Assembly (NCBI GenBank): GCA_964016885.1
Contig: OZ024741.1
Span: 309,876,001 to 309,940,000 of the forward strand
DNA: 64,000 nucleotides
Origin: Eledone cirrhosa
Taxonomy: Eukaryota
Direction of reading: 5' to 3'
The position numbers and the translations under genes are program-made. The notes under the pieces were generated by a model, which was not told where the DNA came from, did not search any database, and saw only the letters and a list, made by a program, of their open reading frames with translations. Shown here in pieces: positions 37,191 through 50,135 of the stretch. Position 1 is the first letter of the stretch. The number at the start of each line of letters is the position of its first letter.

Positions 37191-39689
37191 TAACTAATTT
37201 GGTTTTTGTGATTCAGGGGGAGTAACTCCTATGTCTGTAAGCATATATTTCTGAATGTAATTATAATAAAAATGTCTAGTGTGTTAGTGTTTTTTCTGAG
37301 TATATTATAGTGAAAGCGTGTTTTTATTAGGTTGTAGGGTGTTGTTAAATATGTATATGCTGGGTTTGTGTGTACTTCTGTGTCTATTATTTATATAGGT
37401 TGTTGTATTTAACGCATATTAAGGCAGAGTATGATAGGTTTTGTTTATGTATATATGATTTATATAACTTATTGTATTTAACTGTGTTTTGGTACAGTGT
37501 GATGTGTGTATAGGCCTAAGATCGATTTAGTGGACCGAGGCAGGTGTAAGATAATGGTGTTTTGTGTCTTTGGGCCTGTATGCTTCCATGTTGAGAGGTG
37601 TTATCTTGTGTGGGCATCCTCTAAATAGTTCATTTTTCTGTTCAGATATTTATCAGAGGATTTCAGACCTTGTAATATCCTTAATTTTTCACTTAGGCAA
37701 AGTGAATACCTCTTTGTTCCTTTAACATAAGGGATAAAAGAATACTATATATGGTATTCCTTTATCCTTCAGTTCCCATACTCAATTTGCTAGTGCCATC
37801 ACCACCCTCATTTCCCCAGTCTTCTGTCATATTCACATAGCATTCTCTGCTCACTGTATAGTTGGTTGCAACAGCCTATGCTAGAGTAGGCTTTGAAACC
37901 ATAGGTTTGAGAAATTATTTATAATAATATACTTTAGCTCTGTACTTAACATTTACTCTTAACTCTTTTTTCCTTTATTTTACAGAAACTCTTGACACTA
38001 CATTATATATATATAGTGTACTTCCCACCACCATCATCAACTAAACAAAAAGAAAATGTCAAAGTTCAACTGTTATTGCTATTGTTTAATGGTGTGACAA
38101 CTCTATGATGAGATCAATACCGAGTTGGAGTTAAAAAAAAAAAATTTTGCATTCTTTACTTCTATAACAATAATAATAATAATAATAAAATGGAAGTTAT
38201 TCCCATTGATGTGGGCTGTATATGTACAGAAATTCCTGTGGATAGAGAAGAGTCAACACCTATGAAAAACAGCACTCCTTTGAAGTGTTTTGATACTCTG
38301 CAAAGTCCTTCAATCATGAATGACATGTACCACCTCAGACAAAAGGCTATGGACAGCTCATACTTGGCTTCCATCTCTAGCAAATACAGATAACAATAAT
38401 AATAATAATAATAATTATTAGTCATTAGTATTATTATTAGTCAAATTTTTATTGCATATTGTCACTGCATTACCAAACACAACTCTGTACACCTTGGATG
38501 TGTGCAATGTTATTTTTGGTATTGTAGTCTCTATTGTATTAAAAATACACTTTGTAAGGTGTGCAGTACCTATTATTATTATTATTGGCAGAATTCCGCT
38601 GAGGTTAACTTTGTCTTTCATCCATGCGGGGTCGATAAAATAAAACACCAGTAAACGTACTGGGGTCGATTTAATCGACTTTCCTCTCCCGCCAAATTAC
38701 TGGCCTTGTGCCTATACTAGAAATCACTATTATTGGCAGCATCAGTAGGGTGCCAGACACCCTGCTTCGTGGCATAGAGTTATGGCCCTATACATTCTGA
38801 GTTCAAATCCTGCCATGGTTAGCTTTGCCTTTCATCCTTACAGGGTCGATAAAATACAGCACCAGGGTTAATTTAATCAACTTCCCCCCAAAAAATTGCT
38901 GGTCTTGTGCCTAAAGTAGAAACAATTATTATTATTATCATCACTTTCCTTATGGTTTCTTCAATTCAAAATAAGTGTTTAACAAAAAAATATATCAGTA
39001 ATTTGTTTATTTGTTTTGATTAATTTTTTTAAAAGAGAGCAGGAGGAGGAGTAGGAGAGAGTAAGAGAAAGGTGACAAAGTGCAACCAAGCAACGAGGGG
39101 TGGGACAAAAAACGACAAACCAACAAATTAGGAAAAAAAAAAAAAAAAAAGAATTCAAAAACAACAATAAATCATAACCCAACCACTATGGTGGAAATCA
39201 TTTCATTATTTCAAACCATTTACAGTTGATTTACTGGGGAGGTCTTTTTTTTAGCCATTTTTTCTTTCTTTTTATTTTTTTTACAAAAAAAACCCCAAAA
39301 GCATAGAATTTTCAAAGTTAAAATTACAAAAAAAAAAAAACATAACAAATGTGGTCTATTTAGGGATTTTTGAAAACCTACATTAAAATAACATCTTTAC
39401 AAATTAGCATTGTGTGCATATACGTGTATATATGGGCCTCATCGATATCTCTTTTCCGTTGCAGCACATGGGTATATAGCATTTCTTACTTGTAAATAGT
39501 CAAAAGACTATCATCTTGTCTTTTGTCCATTTGTTACTGTCCCTTGTGCACTAAAACCAGTTGTATCGATCTTAAAGCATTGAAACAACTTATCTCTAGT
39601 GATCGACTGATGAGATATGACTGTGTTTCATACATTTTCCTGTCTTTGCCCATATATTTTTTATTCATTTTATGTGTGTGTATATATAT

Positions 39690-40815
39690 ATGGTTGTAAC
39701 GAAGTTCTGTCCATTTATTTTTTCAAGTAAATCTTGAGTTAGATTTAAAGGTATCTAACTACTCAATTATATTTGGAATATGCTGAAATCACTAATATGT
39801 TTTGTTTCCTTTCTTATATTGTATTGGCACCATGCTCTCTCCAAATAAAGAACACCATCATGTTATTCTTTATGAATTTCAAAAATCTAATAGTGTAAGT
39901 GCAGCAGAAAAATCACTCCAAAACAATTATGGAGATGGCATAGTGACTGAAAGAACATGCAAGAAATGATTTTCACGATTCAGAAATGGGGACTACAGCT
40001 TGCAGGATTAATCAATAGAAGGGTGCCCAAGAGGGCTGGATTCTGGTGTATTTGAAGCCGTTCTTGATGCAAACCTGATCGTTACAGTTCAGGAACCGAG
40101 CACTAACTTCAATCACAAAAAACATGTTGATTGCTGTGCATCATTGCATTCTCATGAGCTGCAAATGTCTTTCTTTTTTGAACAGAGTCATTACTGGAGA
40201 TGAGAAATGAATACTTTACCATAATATTAAGCAAAGATATCAGTGGTTCAGTCATGGGGAAGAGCCAGTTCAGCAGCGCAGAAGTGCCCTGCATCCAAGA
40301 TTCTTCTGAGTGTGTAGCAGGATATGCGAAGGATAATTTATCACGAGCTGCTAGGTAATAATCAAACAATAACAGCTGAGGTCTATTGGCAACAACTAAG
40401 ATGTTTGAAAGCAGCTTTGTAGCAAAAATGCCCATCATTAACAAACAGAAAAGGAGTCATCCTTCATCAAAATAACGCTAGACCTCAAACTGCACAAAAG
40501 ACCAAAGATCTCATAGAAAAATATGCCTAGGAAATGATGCTTCACCCACTATATCCCTAAACCTCATACCAATAGTTTACCATCTTTTTAAAAGTTTGCA
40601 AAATCATTTGAATGGATTAAGACTTACTTCAAGAGAAGTCGAAAATGAGTTTGTTCTGTTTTTCAGTTCAATGAACGTGGCATTAAATAGCTTATTGAGA
40701 TGGAGAGGTCATAGAGAAGAATGGTGACTACATTAAAGATTAAATAAATCTGATATTGTATTTTTTATTGTTTTATTGAACCTTAAAAAACGGGCAGAAC
40801 TTTCGTTACAACCTG
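39690..40815 (+). mobile_element. Decayed mariner DNA transposon
   Basis: TIRs ggttgtaacgaagttctgtcc / gggcagaactttcgttacaacc; remnants RHHVILYEF, FSRFRNGDYSL, ITGDEK*ILY, LHQNNARP, HPLY. Confidence 0.88.
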
Positions 40816-40823
40816 ATACATAC

Positions 40824-40858
<35 letters not shown>

Positions 40859-42841
40859 CAGATGTGTGTGTGTGTGTGTGTGTGTATATTTATATATATA
40901 TATGTATACGTATATTGCTGGTAATGGCTACCTTTCTGATAAAGAGAACTCAATACATATATAAGGTATGTGTTTTTTTATTGATGGTATAGAAGGTACA
41001 ATATTACACAGTGAGACCTTGTATCTTCTATACCCTCAACAAACACACGATATATGACAAGAGTGAGAGGGCCTGCAGACATGTCCCCAGCATCTTCCTC
41101 CTGAATATATGTTTAAAAATATGGCTATTATGAAATCTTAGCTGGGTTTCCTTCCATCAAGATGTTCAAACTTGTGGATAACACATTTTTTAAAAATTAT
41201 TATAATCATTCCAAGTATGTACATTAATGAAGCAAAACTCATTAACTCCAAATATTGGATATTCATTTAAATATATTCAAATAAAATTTTTTTAAAAATT
41301 AAATAAAGTAGAATCTCCAAATTTTCAAAAAAATGAAGAATAAATAAATAAAAAATCCAAAAAATAAATCCACATGAAAAAAATCAGTTAAGAATAAAGA
41401 ATCTTAAAGAAGTTGCCACATATTCATTCACCTTCAGTAAATTTAGCCTTGACTAGGAGGAATTGAGAGGCAGATTGTGGGGAGTTGCTGTCTAGCCTTT
41501 AGCCAGGAGACCACAATATTTAAGGGATCCTAAAATAAATTCATGCTCCCTTTTCACTAGTAAATTAAAATCAGTTTGACACAAGGATCCCCATGCTTAA
41601 TTAGGCCCTGGTCATCAGACCGTGTCTATTGCAGCCATGGTTTTATTCCACACACATCAGCTAAAAAAAGAGCTATCCTCCAATTACATATACATGTATG
41701 TAAGTGTACACACATGAAATATATGTGTGTTTGTGTGTGTTTGTGTGTACATGTGTGTGTGCTCCACTTTTCTTAGTATGGTTTGTCATTTCCCACAATA
41801 TATTTCTATAAGTTAAAAAAAATACAACAAATAGACAATTAACAAAACAAGAAAAAAAAAAAATAATAAGGAAAGTTCAGTGAAAGTATGAGGCCGTTAT
41901 TTTCTTCCTGAAGTGTCTATATACATATATGTATTTATGTTTGAGTGTTTATACACAAACACATGTATGCATATATATATATATATATATATATATTGTA
42001 TGTATATATTGTATATTTTATATCTATATATATACGCACACACACTCACATACTAGGAAAGTAACCAAATTCTAAATAGATTATTTATCACCAGGCTGAC
42101 TAGGGAATGACATGGAAATTCAACAAATAGTGTAAACATAAAAAAAAAAAATTATTATTATTATTATTAATTGCGGTGGATGGCAGAAACAGCAGAGTAG
42201 CAGAGATTTAAATGCCTTGCGGTATTTAGTTAGATTCCTTAATGGTTCTGATTTCAAATCCCAACAAGTTCGACTTTGCTTTTTTTTTTTCAAAGACCCG
42301 ACTCTTTCTCTCCCTTTCTGATAAAACAAAGTACCAGACAAGTATCAGGCGGTTTGAATAGATCAAGTCGACTGCACCCCCTCCTACCAAAATCTGTGGC
42401 TTTTGTAATGCCAATGTTAGAAATCATTGTTATTATTATTATTATTATATTCGTCTTATCCTCTTGTTATTGTTACAGTGTTAAATTCCAGATTGTAAAA
42501 AAAAAAAAATTAAAAAAAAAATGAAAAAGATACATCCACTTAAGATGTATCCTTTTCTTTTTTTCTTTAGTTTATTAAAATTTAAATCTTCGCTTTCGTT
42601 CTCTCCCTCTTTCTCTCCGTGTTCTTTCTTCTTGTTTAAGGTTTTTTTTTTATTTTTTATAAATCATCATCATCATCGTTAAAATTATTTTTTTTCTTTT
42701 AAAATTTTTTTTTAGGGGAGGGGTACTTTTTCTTCCAAATTTTTTTTTTTTGTTAAATTATTATTATATTATCATTAGCATAATTAGAATTATTATTAAT
42801 ATTATTATTATTTCATTTTTCTTGTTGCATTTTTTTTTTTG

Positions 42842-43078
42842 TTAAAATAATTCTGCAGTCGCTGCAGATGCACTAAGGTAGCTCCCCAAGCTACTTCTAC
42901 TGCCATGATAGGAGAACTGTGAAAAATAGGGCAACTCGAACTCATCTTCTTCAATGGCCTCAAGGGGTGGAGTTACTGTCTGCGGTGGAGTGAGCGCCAC
43001 AGGTTCGCGGGCAAATTCCTCAGGGATGTATTTCGTGTCATCAGCAGATTTTACATCTGGTCGCCATGGTGGTGTAAT
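42842..43078 (-). CDS. AKT: AKT last coding exon (AGC C-tail, turn motif LTPP, hydrophobic motif FSQFSY)
   Basis: CAG|ITPPWRPDVKSADDTKYIPEEFAREPVALTPPQTVTPPLEAIEEDEFELPYFSQFSYHGSRSSLGSYLSASAATAELF*. Confidence 0.93.
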   Translation of the reverse strand: MTPPWRPDVKSADDTKYIPEEFAREPVALTPPQTVTPPLEAIEEDEFELPYFSQFSYHGSRSSLGSYLSASAATAELF

Positions 43079-44024
43079 CTGCAAATGACAGCAAACAAAT
43101 GAAAGCATTAATGGACATGTCAATGAAAGGAAGCTGCGGTAGAGGTAGACCAAAAAAGACATGGGCAGAGGTTGTGACTTCAAATCACTGAGACATACAG
43201 AGGCAAAGAAAAAAGGATTGCAACGTGTGGAGAGGTGATGTGCTGAAAAGGACCCATCCAACCCAGGCAAGCATGGAAAAGCAGACGTAAAAACGTTGAT
43301 GATGGAGTATACAAACAAACATTTTTTTTTCAAATTTTTTTGTCAATATTAGTCAACATCACCATTTAATGCCTAGTTTCCATTTTTGCATGGGTTAAAC
43401 AGGTTGCCATGTTCTGAGGCTAGACAGGTCAGGTCACCACACCTTGCTCATACATTCCATTTTTGACTTGGTCTTTATGACTGGATGCTCTTCTTTTTGG
43501 CAACTACGTTACAGCGTATTCTGGGAACATTTTCATGGCACCAGCACTAGGGACGTTGTCATGTCTTTGACATAACTGAAAATATCTTTCAACCCTTATA
43601 TACACATACATACATATACTTACATATATATATATATATATACATACAAACTGATACAGGGCAGAGAGGATAGTAAGACAACCTCTAGTACTGGTGGCAC
43701 GAATAATGCACCTAGTCCACTCTGTAAAGTGGTTGGTAACAAGAACAACATCCAACTAGAAAAACCCTGCCAAAAAATATGACAAGCATAACACACACAC
43801 ATAATTTAATAATTCCTTGATTACAACGTTCTATGTAAAGATGCTTGAATCCTTGTCACTCTGGCCATCAGCATATTTCATTTTAGATCCATTTAAATCA
43901 ATTACAATAATTTTCTTTAAATTGTTACCAAACATATCTGCACTAAATTATGATGACTTTGCTCTCTCTCCTTCTCTAACTATCAATCTTTGGACTGCTA
44001 TTAGGATTTGTACTTTGTTGTTGA

Positions 44025-44095
<71 letters not shown>

Positions 44096-44214
44096 TTTCT
44101 GAATTTGTTTAGCAAGATTCTTTATCTGAAATCGTGTGTTGAAACCGATATTGTTATACTTTGGGAGGGTCATGTTGTGTGTTTCTTATTGGCAACATGA
44201 CCCTCCCAAAGTAT

Positions 44215-44254
<40 letters not shown>

Positions 44255-44256
<2 letters not shown>

Positions 44257-46056
44257 TCGTTTAACGTCCATCTTCCACGCGAGCATGGGTCTGGACGGGA
44301 ATTGTCCCACTTGAGGCAAGATTGGTTGTCTTGCTCAGGACTGTCTGGCGAGTTTTCTACGGCTGGATGCCCTTCCTAACACCAACCACATTTACAGTGT
44401 GGACTGGGAGATTTTTACCGTGTTACCTACACGGCCACATTACAGCGTGGACTGTGTGTTTTTGTCGTGACACCTACACGACCTCATTTATTTAGGACTG
44501 GATGTTATGGTACCAACATAGATTTTTACATCGAAAGGGGTGGTGTAGATGGCGGTGGGGGTAGGGGTATATTTTGGTTAAGAGGTGCCTACTGACTGTA
44601 GGTTTCGCTTTGTACTTAGGCAAGGCGGGTCTTCTGTATTACTGCGTAGCGCCAAAGATCTCGGTCCAGTAACATTGTCTTGGAGATGCGTAAGTGTGTG
44701 ATTTCGGAATTTATCAAGTCGTCCCAGGTTTTTCTGGGTCTGCCTACTCCGTAGCTTCCATCTATTTTGATCGCCCTGCACTTTTTTATACAGCTGTCGT
44801 CTTTCATGTGCATCACGTGACCATACCAACGTAGTCTTCTCTCGAGTAAACAACATCTGATCCCTCTTATTCCTAATTTCTCACTTAGTTCATTTATGCT
44901 TTGCCGTTCGCGTATATTACTATTACACATCCAACGGAGCATGCAAGCTTCATTCCTCTCCAGTCTGGATAGATCCTATGCACACAAGGCCCATGTCTCA
45001 CTGCCATGTAACATCACTGTTCGTATGCAGGCATCATACAGCCTGCCTTTCATTTTTAGAGAGAAACCTTTAGCAGCCAATAGTGGTATAAGCTCTCTGA
45101 ACTTTTTTCATCCCGTTCTGACTCTAGCTACAGTACTTTCGGAGCACCCTCCATCACTGCTGATTTTGTCACCCAGGTAACGGAAGGTGTCCACTATTTC
45201 TATAGAACCATCTGGGCAATGGAATGAGCGAGCTAGTATTCTGTGGGCATTTGCTGCTACTTATTGCACCAGAGCACCGGCCTCATATAAAATCTATATT
45301 CTTAGTTAGCTTACCTGTGCACCCATACTTTGCATTTGGGACATAAAATTGAGTTTCTGTCTACTCCTTTCCTACACACTAAGCATGGCCATTTCCCAGA
45401 TGGGACCAGTGCCCTATTCTCCTTCCTACATATTAGAACTTTAGTCTTAGACAAGTTAATTTTAAGGCCTTTTGATTCTAGGCCATGCTTCCATGTTTGG
45501 AATTTCTTCTCTAGTTCAGCCATTGATTCGGCTATGAGCGTTAGATCATCTGCATATAGAAGTTCCCATGGTCAGCCAGTCTTGAACTCCTCCGTTATAG
45601 CTTGGAGGGCGATAATAAATAGGAGGGGCTAAGGATGGAGCCCTGATGAACAACTTTTACGCTAAACTCTTAATTATATTTGTTGTTAATTCTAACCTTG
45701 CTGACTGTTTCTTTATACATGGCTTGTATAGCTCTCACAAGCCATTCATCAACACCTAGTTTTCTGAGAGCCCACCAAAAAATGGGGCATGGGACTCTGT
45801 CAAAGGCTTTCTCCAAGTCAACGAAAGCTAAGTATAGGGGTTTACTTTTAGCTAGGTACTTCTCCTGTAGTTGTCGTACAATGAAAAGAGCGTCTGTGGT
45901 ACTTTTACCCGACACAAACCTGAACTGCATTTCATCTAGATCAATTCGCTCTCTGATTAGTTGCGCTATTACTTTTTCTGTGACCTTAATGACCTGGTCA
46001 ATTAATTTAATGCCTCTATAGTTTCCCCTATCTAGGGCATCTCCTTTACCCTTATA
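44255..46056 (-). mobile_element. RTE LINE sister copy, 5'-truncated, in the last AKT intron
   Basis: Fragments 45670-46056, 45311-45523, 44616-44942 match the same ORF; flanked by (TA)n. Confidence 0.92.
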
Positions 46057-46209
46057 TATACACACACACATACATATACATACCATTTTTTATCCAGTAT
46101 ATTAATCTAACATCCATCAAGTCCCATATTTCAAAATTCAACATTTACAACTACTACAAAATCCAGGAAAGAATGAAAGAGATGGTTATTTCTGCCATTA
46201 AATGCTTAC

Positions 46210-46297
46210 CTTTTTCTCAAGCAGTTCATGCCAAAGAACAGGTGCAAAGAATTGGTGAGCCATTATCTCTTTGACATCATCTTCACTTCCACCAAGC
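46210..46297 (-). CDS. AKT: AKT exon (RLGG)
   Basis: CAG|G LGGSEDDVKEIMAHQFFAPVLWHELLEKK|GTAAGC, 88 nt, phase-compatible. Confidence 0.95.
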
Positions 46298-46768
46298 CTG
46301 CAAGAGAAAACAAAGAATTTATATAAACATCATCATCATCACTGTTTGTTGTCTATTTGCCATGCTTATATGGATCAGATGGGCTGCCACATTATGAGGC
46401 TAGACAGGTCAGGTGATTATGTCTTACTCATATGCTTCATTCTTGGTTTGGCTTTCTATGCTAGATCCTCATCCTAATGCCAACCATTTCACAGCATATA
46501 GTGGGAACAGTTTATTGTGACTCTGGTACTGAATAAACTGGGTGCTTTTAGTTGTAGAACCAGCACTAACATCTTATAGTGCAGATAATGCTTTTCATCA
46601 TGGCATCAGCACTACCACCTTACAGGGTGGACTGGGTGCTTTTTATCATGACACTAACATTACCACTTTACTGGATGGGTTAGGTACATTTTATCATGGG
46701 ACCTCATTACAACATTAGGGTGTTCATTGAGTCCATATATATATAAAAAAAATAAAATCTACACTCAC

Positions 46769-46983
46769 CTTTTTGATGGGTCTTTAATGAGAAGGCCATC
46801 TAATAAGGATTTAGCTTCTTCTGAAAGAGTTCGAGGAAATCGTATGGGCTGTAGAATGATCAGTTCAAACAGCTTGTCATGATCGCGGTTATAAAAAGGT
46901 AACCGACCACACATCATTTCATACATAACAACACCCGTTCCCCACCAATCCACAGCTCTCCCATAATCATTGTCTTCAAGTAC
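46769..46983 (-). CDS. AKT: AKT exon (C-lobe)
   Basis: AG|[71 protein letters not shown](R)|GTGAGT, 215 nt. Confidence 0.97.
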
Positions 46984-47059
46984 CTAAATGAACAGATAAA
47001 ACAGTAAATTAAAATAACAAAGTGAAACAAAGAATTGTGATTATATATATACACACACA

Positions 47060-47790
47060 CATCATCATATTTATGTTTGTTTTCCCATGCTCTCATGGGT
47101 TGTATGGGTTCTTTTCAGCACAGCATCTCTCCACACATTGTGACCTTACATCATCGATTCTGTAAGACTCAGCAATTTCAGATCAGGTCTCACCACCTCT
47201 TCTCAGATCTTCTTAACACTGGGATTTCCTGGCTCTTCATCCAAGCGCATCACGTCCATACCAACGCAGTCTTCACTCTTGCACACTACTTTGAATTCCT
47301 CTTAAACCCAGCTTCTCCCTCCACATTTACATTACACATCCTACAAAGCATGGTAGTTTCATTTCTCTCCAGCCCACACGTCCTCAGCAGTCAATGCCCC
47401 TTTTTTCACTCCCATGCAGCATAACACTATGCACAATGCTAGCGTAGAAGATGGACGTTAAACGATGATGATGATGATGATGATGACACAGGCATCATAC
47501 AGCCATCCTTTTGTGCGTAGGGAGAAACCTTTCATTGTCAACAGTGGGCATAATTCTCAAAGTTTCTTTCATCCTATCCTTATTCTAGCTATTATGCTCT
47601 TGGAGCACCTTCCTCTGCTGCTAATTAGATCACCTAGATAGCAGAAGCTACCAACCACTTCTATGGATCCTTCATATGATTGGAAAAGGTTTATATCACT
47701 GACACTCTTCACCTTGATTACCCCTGTGCATCGATTACATACAAAGTCTTCCCTTCCTGTTCTTTCCTCTATACCATGCATGTTTTCTTA
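47060..47790 (-). mobile_element. Degraded RTE fragment with a 50-nt plus-strand RTE tail nested at about 47437-47486
   Basis: FVCNRCTG…GSIEVVGSFCYLGDLISSRGRCSKSIIARIRIG; RLRWYGRDALG. Confidence 0.75.
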
Positions 47791-48054
47791 GTTATCTGAT
47801 ATATTTTTTTATACTGCTAGCCACCCGCTGATAAGCTACAGCTACAATATGGATTCTTCACTTATTATAGCGAAATATACTGTTATTTGAGTATGAGCGG
47901 GTGTTATTGTTGTAATCAAATGGTTAGTATACTTTAATATATTCTTTTTATTGATTTCTATTCACCATTCCTTCCACAGGTAATATGTTCATCCCTCTGG
48001 TGGTTTTTGATCCCCTATGATTGAACACATATCTCTATGTGTACTTCTCTCTAC

Positions 48055-50135
48055 ATGTTCGCACACCCACCATCTACTTCCTCCCCAAAACACACAAACA
48101 AAATAATCCCGGCCGTCCTATCGTTTCTGCGTGCAATTGCCCCACCGAGATAATTTTTGAATATTTAGACACCATCCTTGCCCCGTTGGTCGGCAATCTC
48201 CCCTCTCACATCCACGATACAAATCATGCCCTTAAACTCTTCAACTCCTTCTCCTTCCCTCCTGGTCCCTCCCACCTTCTCTTTACCCTGGACATCACCT
48301 CTCTCTATACCGTCATCCTTCATGATGATGGCCTCCGTGTTCTCCAACATTTTTTAGATTTACACCCTACCCCTTACCCCAGCACTACCACTCTTCTTCA
48401 TCTGGCTGAGCTTGTTCTCACCCTCAATGGCTTTTCTTTTTTGGGTGAATTTTATCAGCAGGTCTCTGGGGTAGCGATGGGAACCAGAATGGGTCCAAAC
48501 TATGCCAATTTGTTTGTTGGCTACGTCGAAGTCCAGATCTTCTCCCAGTACGCTGGACCGACACCTGAGCTATACGGTTGTTATATCGACGCCACCTCTC
48601 TATCAAGAGAACAGTTCGACTGCTTTCTTTCTTTTGTCCTATCTTTCCATCCTGCACTCAATTTCACCGCCTCCGTCTCCGATTCTTCTGTTTCTTTTCT
48701 AGATATCTCTCTATCTATTAATCACTCTCACCACACCCTCTCTACTTCCATCTTCATTAAACCAACTGACTCCCAATCTTATCTCGACTTCACCTCATCC
48801 CATCCAACCCACACCAAACACTCCATACCCTATTCTCAATTCCTCCGTCTTCGTCGACTGTAGCCAGGACGACGATTTCGAAACCCATTCCCTCCGCATG
48901 GTTTTCTGCTTCATCCAGCATGGATATCCCCCACCTTGATCCAAGCTGCTCTCACCCACGCCCGTGAAACAGATCGCACCACGGCCCTCTCACCTCATCT
49001 ACCACTCTGGCGATATATCCTCCGTTCCTTCCGCATCCTCTCTTCTGACCCTGTCACTTCTCACTTTTTTCCAAACCCACCCATTACTGCTTTTAGGCGT
49101 GCCCGCAACCTCCTGGTTCGCAGTTCCTTCTCGTCCTCTCCCACGACTCCACCCGGCTCTCATCCTTGTTCCCATTCCCGCTGCAACACTTGTCCCTTCA
49201 TTTCCACCCTCACCACTCTTACAGGCCCTATTGGATCTTTCCATATCCGCCACTCGTTCACCTGCACATCCACCCATGTTGTCTATGCCCTCCGGTGTTC
49301 CCTTTGTGGGTCTTTATATATCGGACAAACGGGACGCCGTATGGCGGACCATTTTGCCGAGCATTTGAGGGACATTCGACTCGGTTTGGATACTCCTGTC
49401 GCCCGTCATTTCTGTTCTCCTGGTCATTATTCCCTACATGTTTCAGTCCTGGGTGTCCTTTTACATCATGGATCACAGGCTTCGTGCACCAGGACTGAAC
49501 AAAGTCTGATTCACTGCCTTGGGTCCTATTCTCCTCTTGGACTCAACTCGCCTCCTCAATTTCTTTAATACCTCGTCCATTATCACACCCCTAGATTCCT
49601 ATCGCTTTCTTTTGATCATTAACATTTTCTCTTACAACTAATACAGGCCAACTATATATGCTCACACCACTTTTCCCTTCACTGCTCTGTATACACACCC
49701 TTATATTAACATACTTTTGCTCATAGCTCCGTACTTACATGCACACACACTTTTCTTCTTAGCTTCGTACGGACGTATAACACACACACACATGCACAAG
49801 TATAGCTCTTTTTACAAAACAGTGTTTTTTCCATTTCAGGTAGATGCGCTCCATCATCCACTTTTCTAAAAAATAAATCATACACAAAACGCCAGCACCA
49901 ATAGTTTTGCAAGAGATGTCAACATGAATGGACCTGTTATTTTTATCTAAAGACATTTTTTCCAATTCCAACCCGCCCGTCCCCTCAATCTATCTTATTT
50001 CTCATTCTTTCTTCTGATGAAGGACTAGCGTCCGAAACGTTAAGACCCTCTTCCAGCTATATCAAGTGTTAACCTACTATATCCCTTCATATATACTGTA
50101 CCAATTGTGTTGCTATTTCTGTTTACCTTTTACAT
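48055..50135 (+). mobile_element. Penelope-like element (RT + GIY-YIG endonuclease), 5'-truncated and inactivated
   Basis: YFLPKTHK…PGRPIVS, LDITSLYT, QVSGVAMGTRMGP, damaged YID(D), FLDI, KPTDS, IPYSQFLRLRR*; VYALRCSLCGSLYIGQTGRR…FAEH…GLN. Confidence 0.93.
50008..50045 (+). ncRNA. Minimal type I hammerhead ribozyme motif in the Penelope 3' repeat
   Basis: TCTT-CTGATGA-A-GGAC(TAGC)GTCC-GAAA-CGTT-AAGA: intact core boxes, 4-bp stem II, palindromic stem III (AACGTT), stem I TCTT/AAGA. Confidence 0.75.

Noticed and set aside
37200-37980. Possible minus-strand Penelope endonuclease remnant (also RT-like traces at 1270-1720)
   Set aside because: Only a few short motifs (WELKDK, CLSEK) are visible; too decayed to bound or call with confidence.
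38190-38393. 67-aa ORF MEVIPIDVG… between (AAT)n tracts
   Set aside because: More like a decayed C-terminus of a restriction-endonuclease-type LINE (VIPI.VG…LxQKA); no splice context supporting a gene.
38950-39680. Non-repetitive A/T-run-rich stretch that could be a distal AKT 3' UTR
   Set aside because: Composition alone is not evidence; nearer AATAAA sites exist on the minus strand (e.g. 42571-42576). Needs transcript data.
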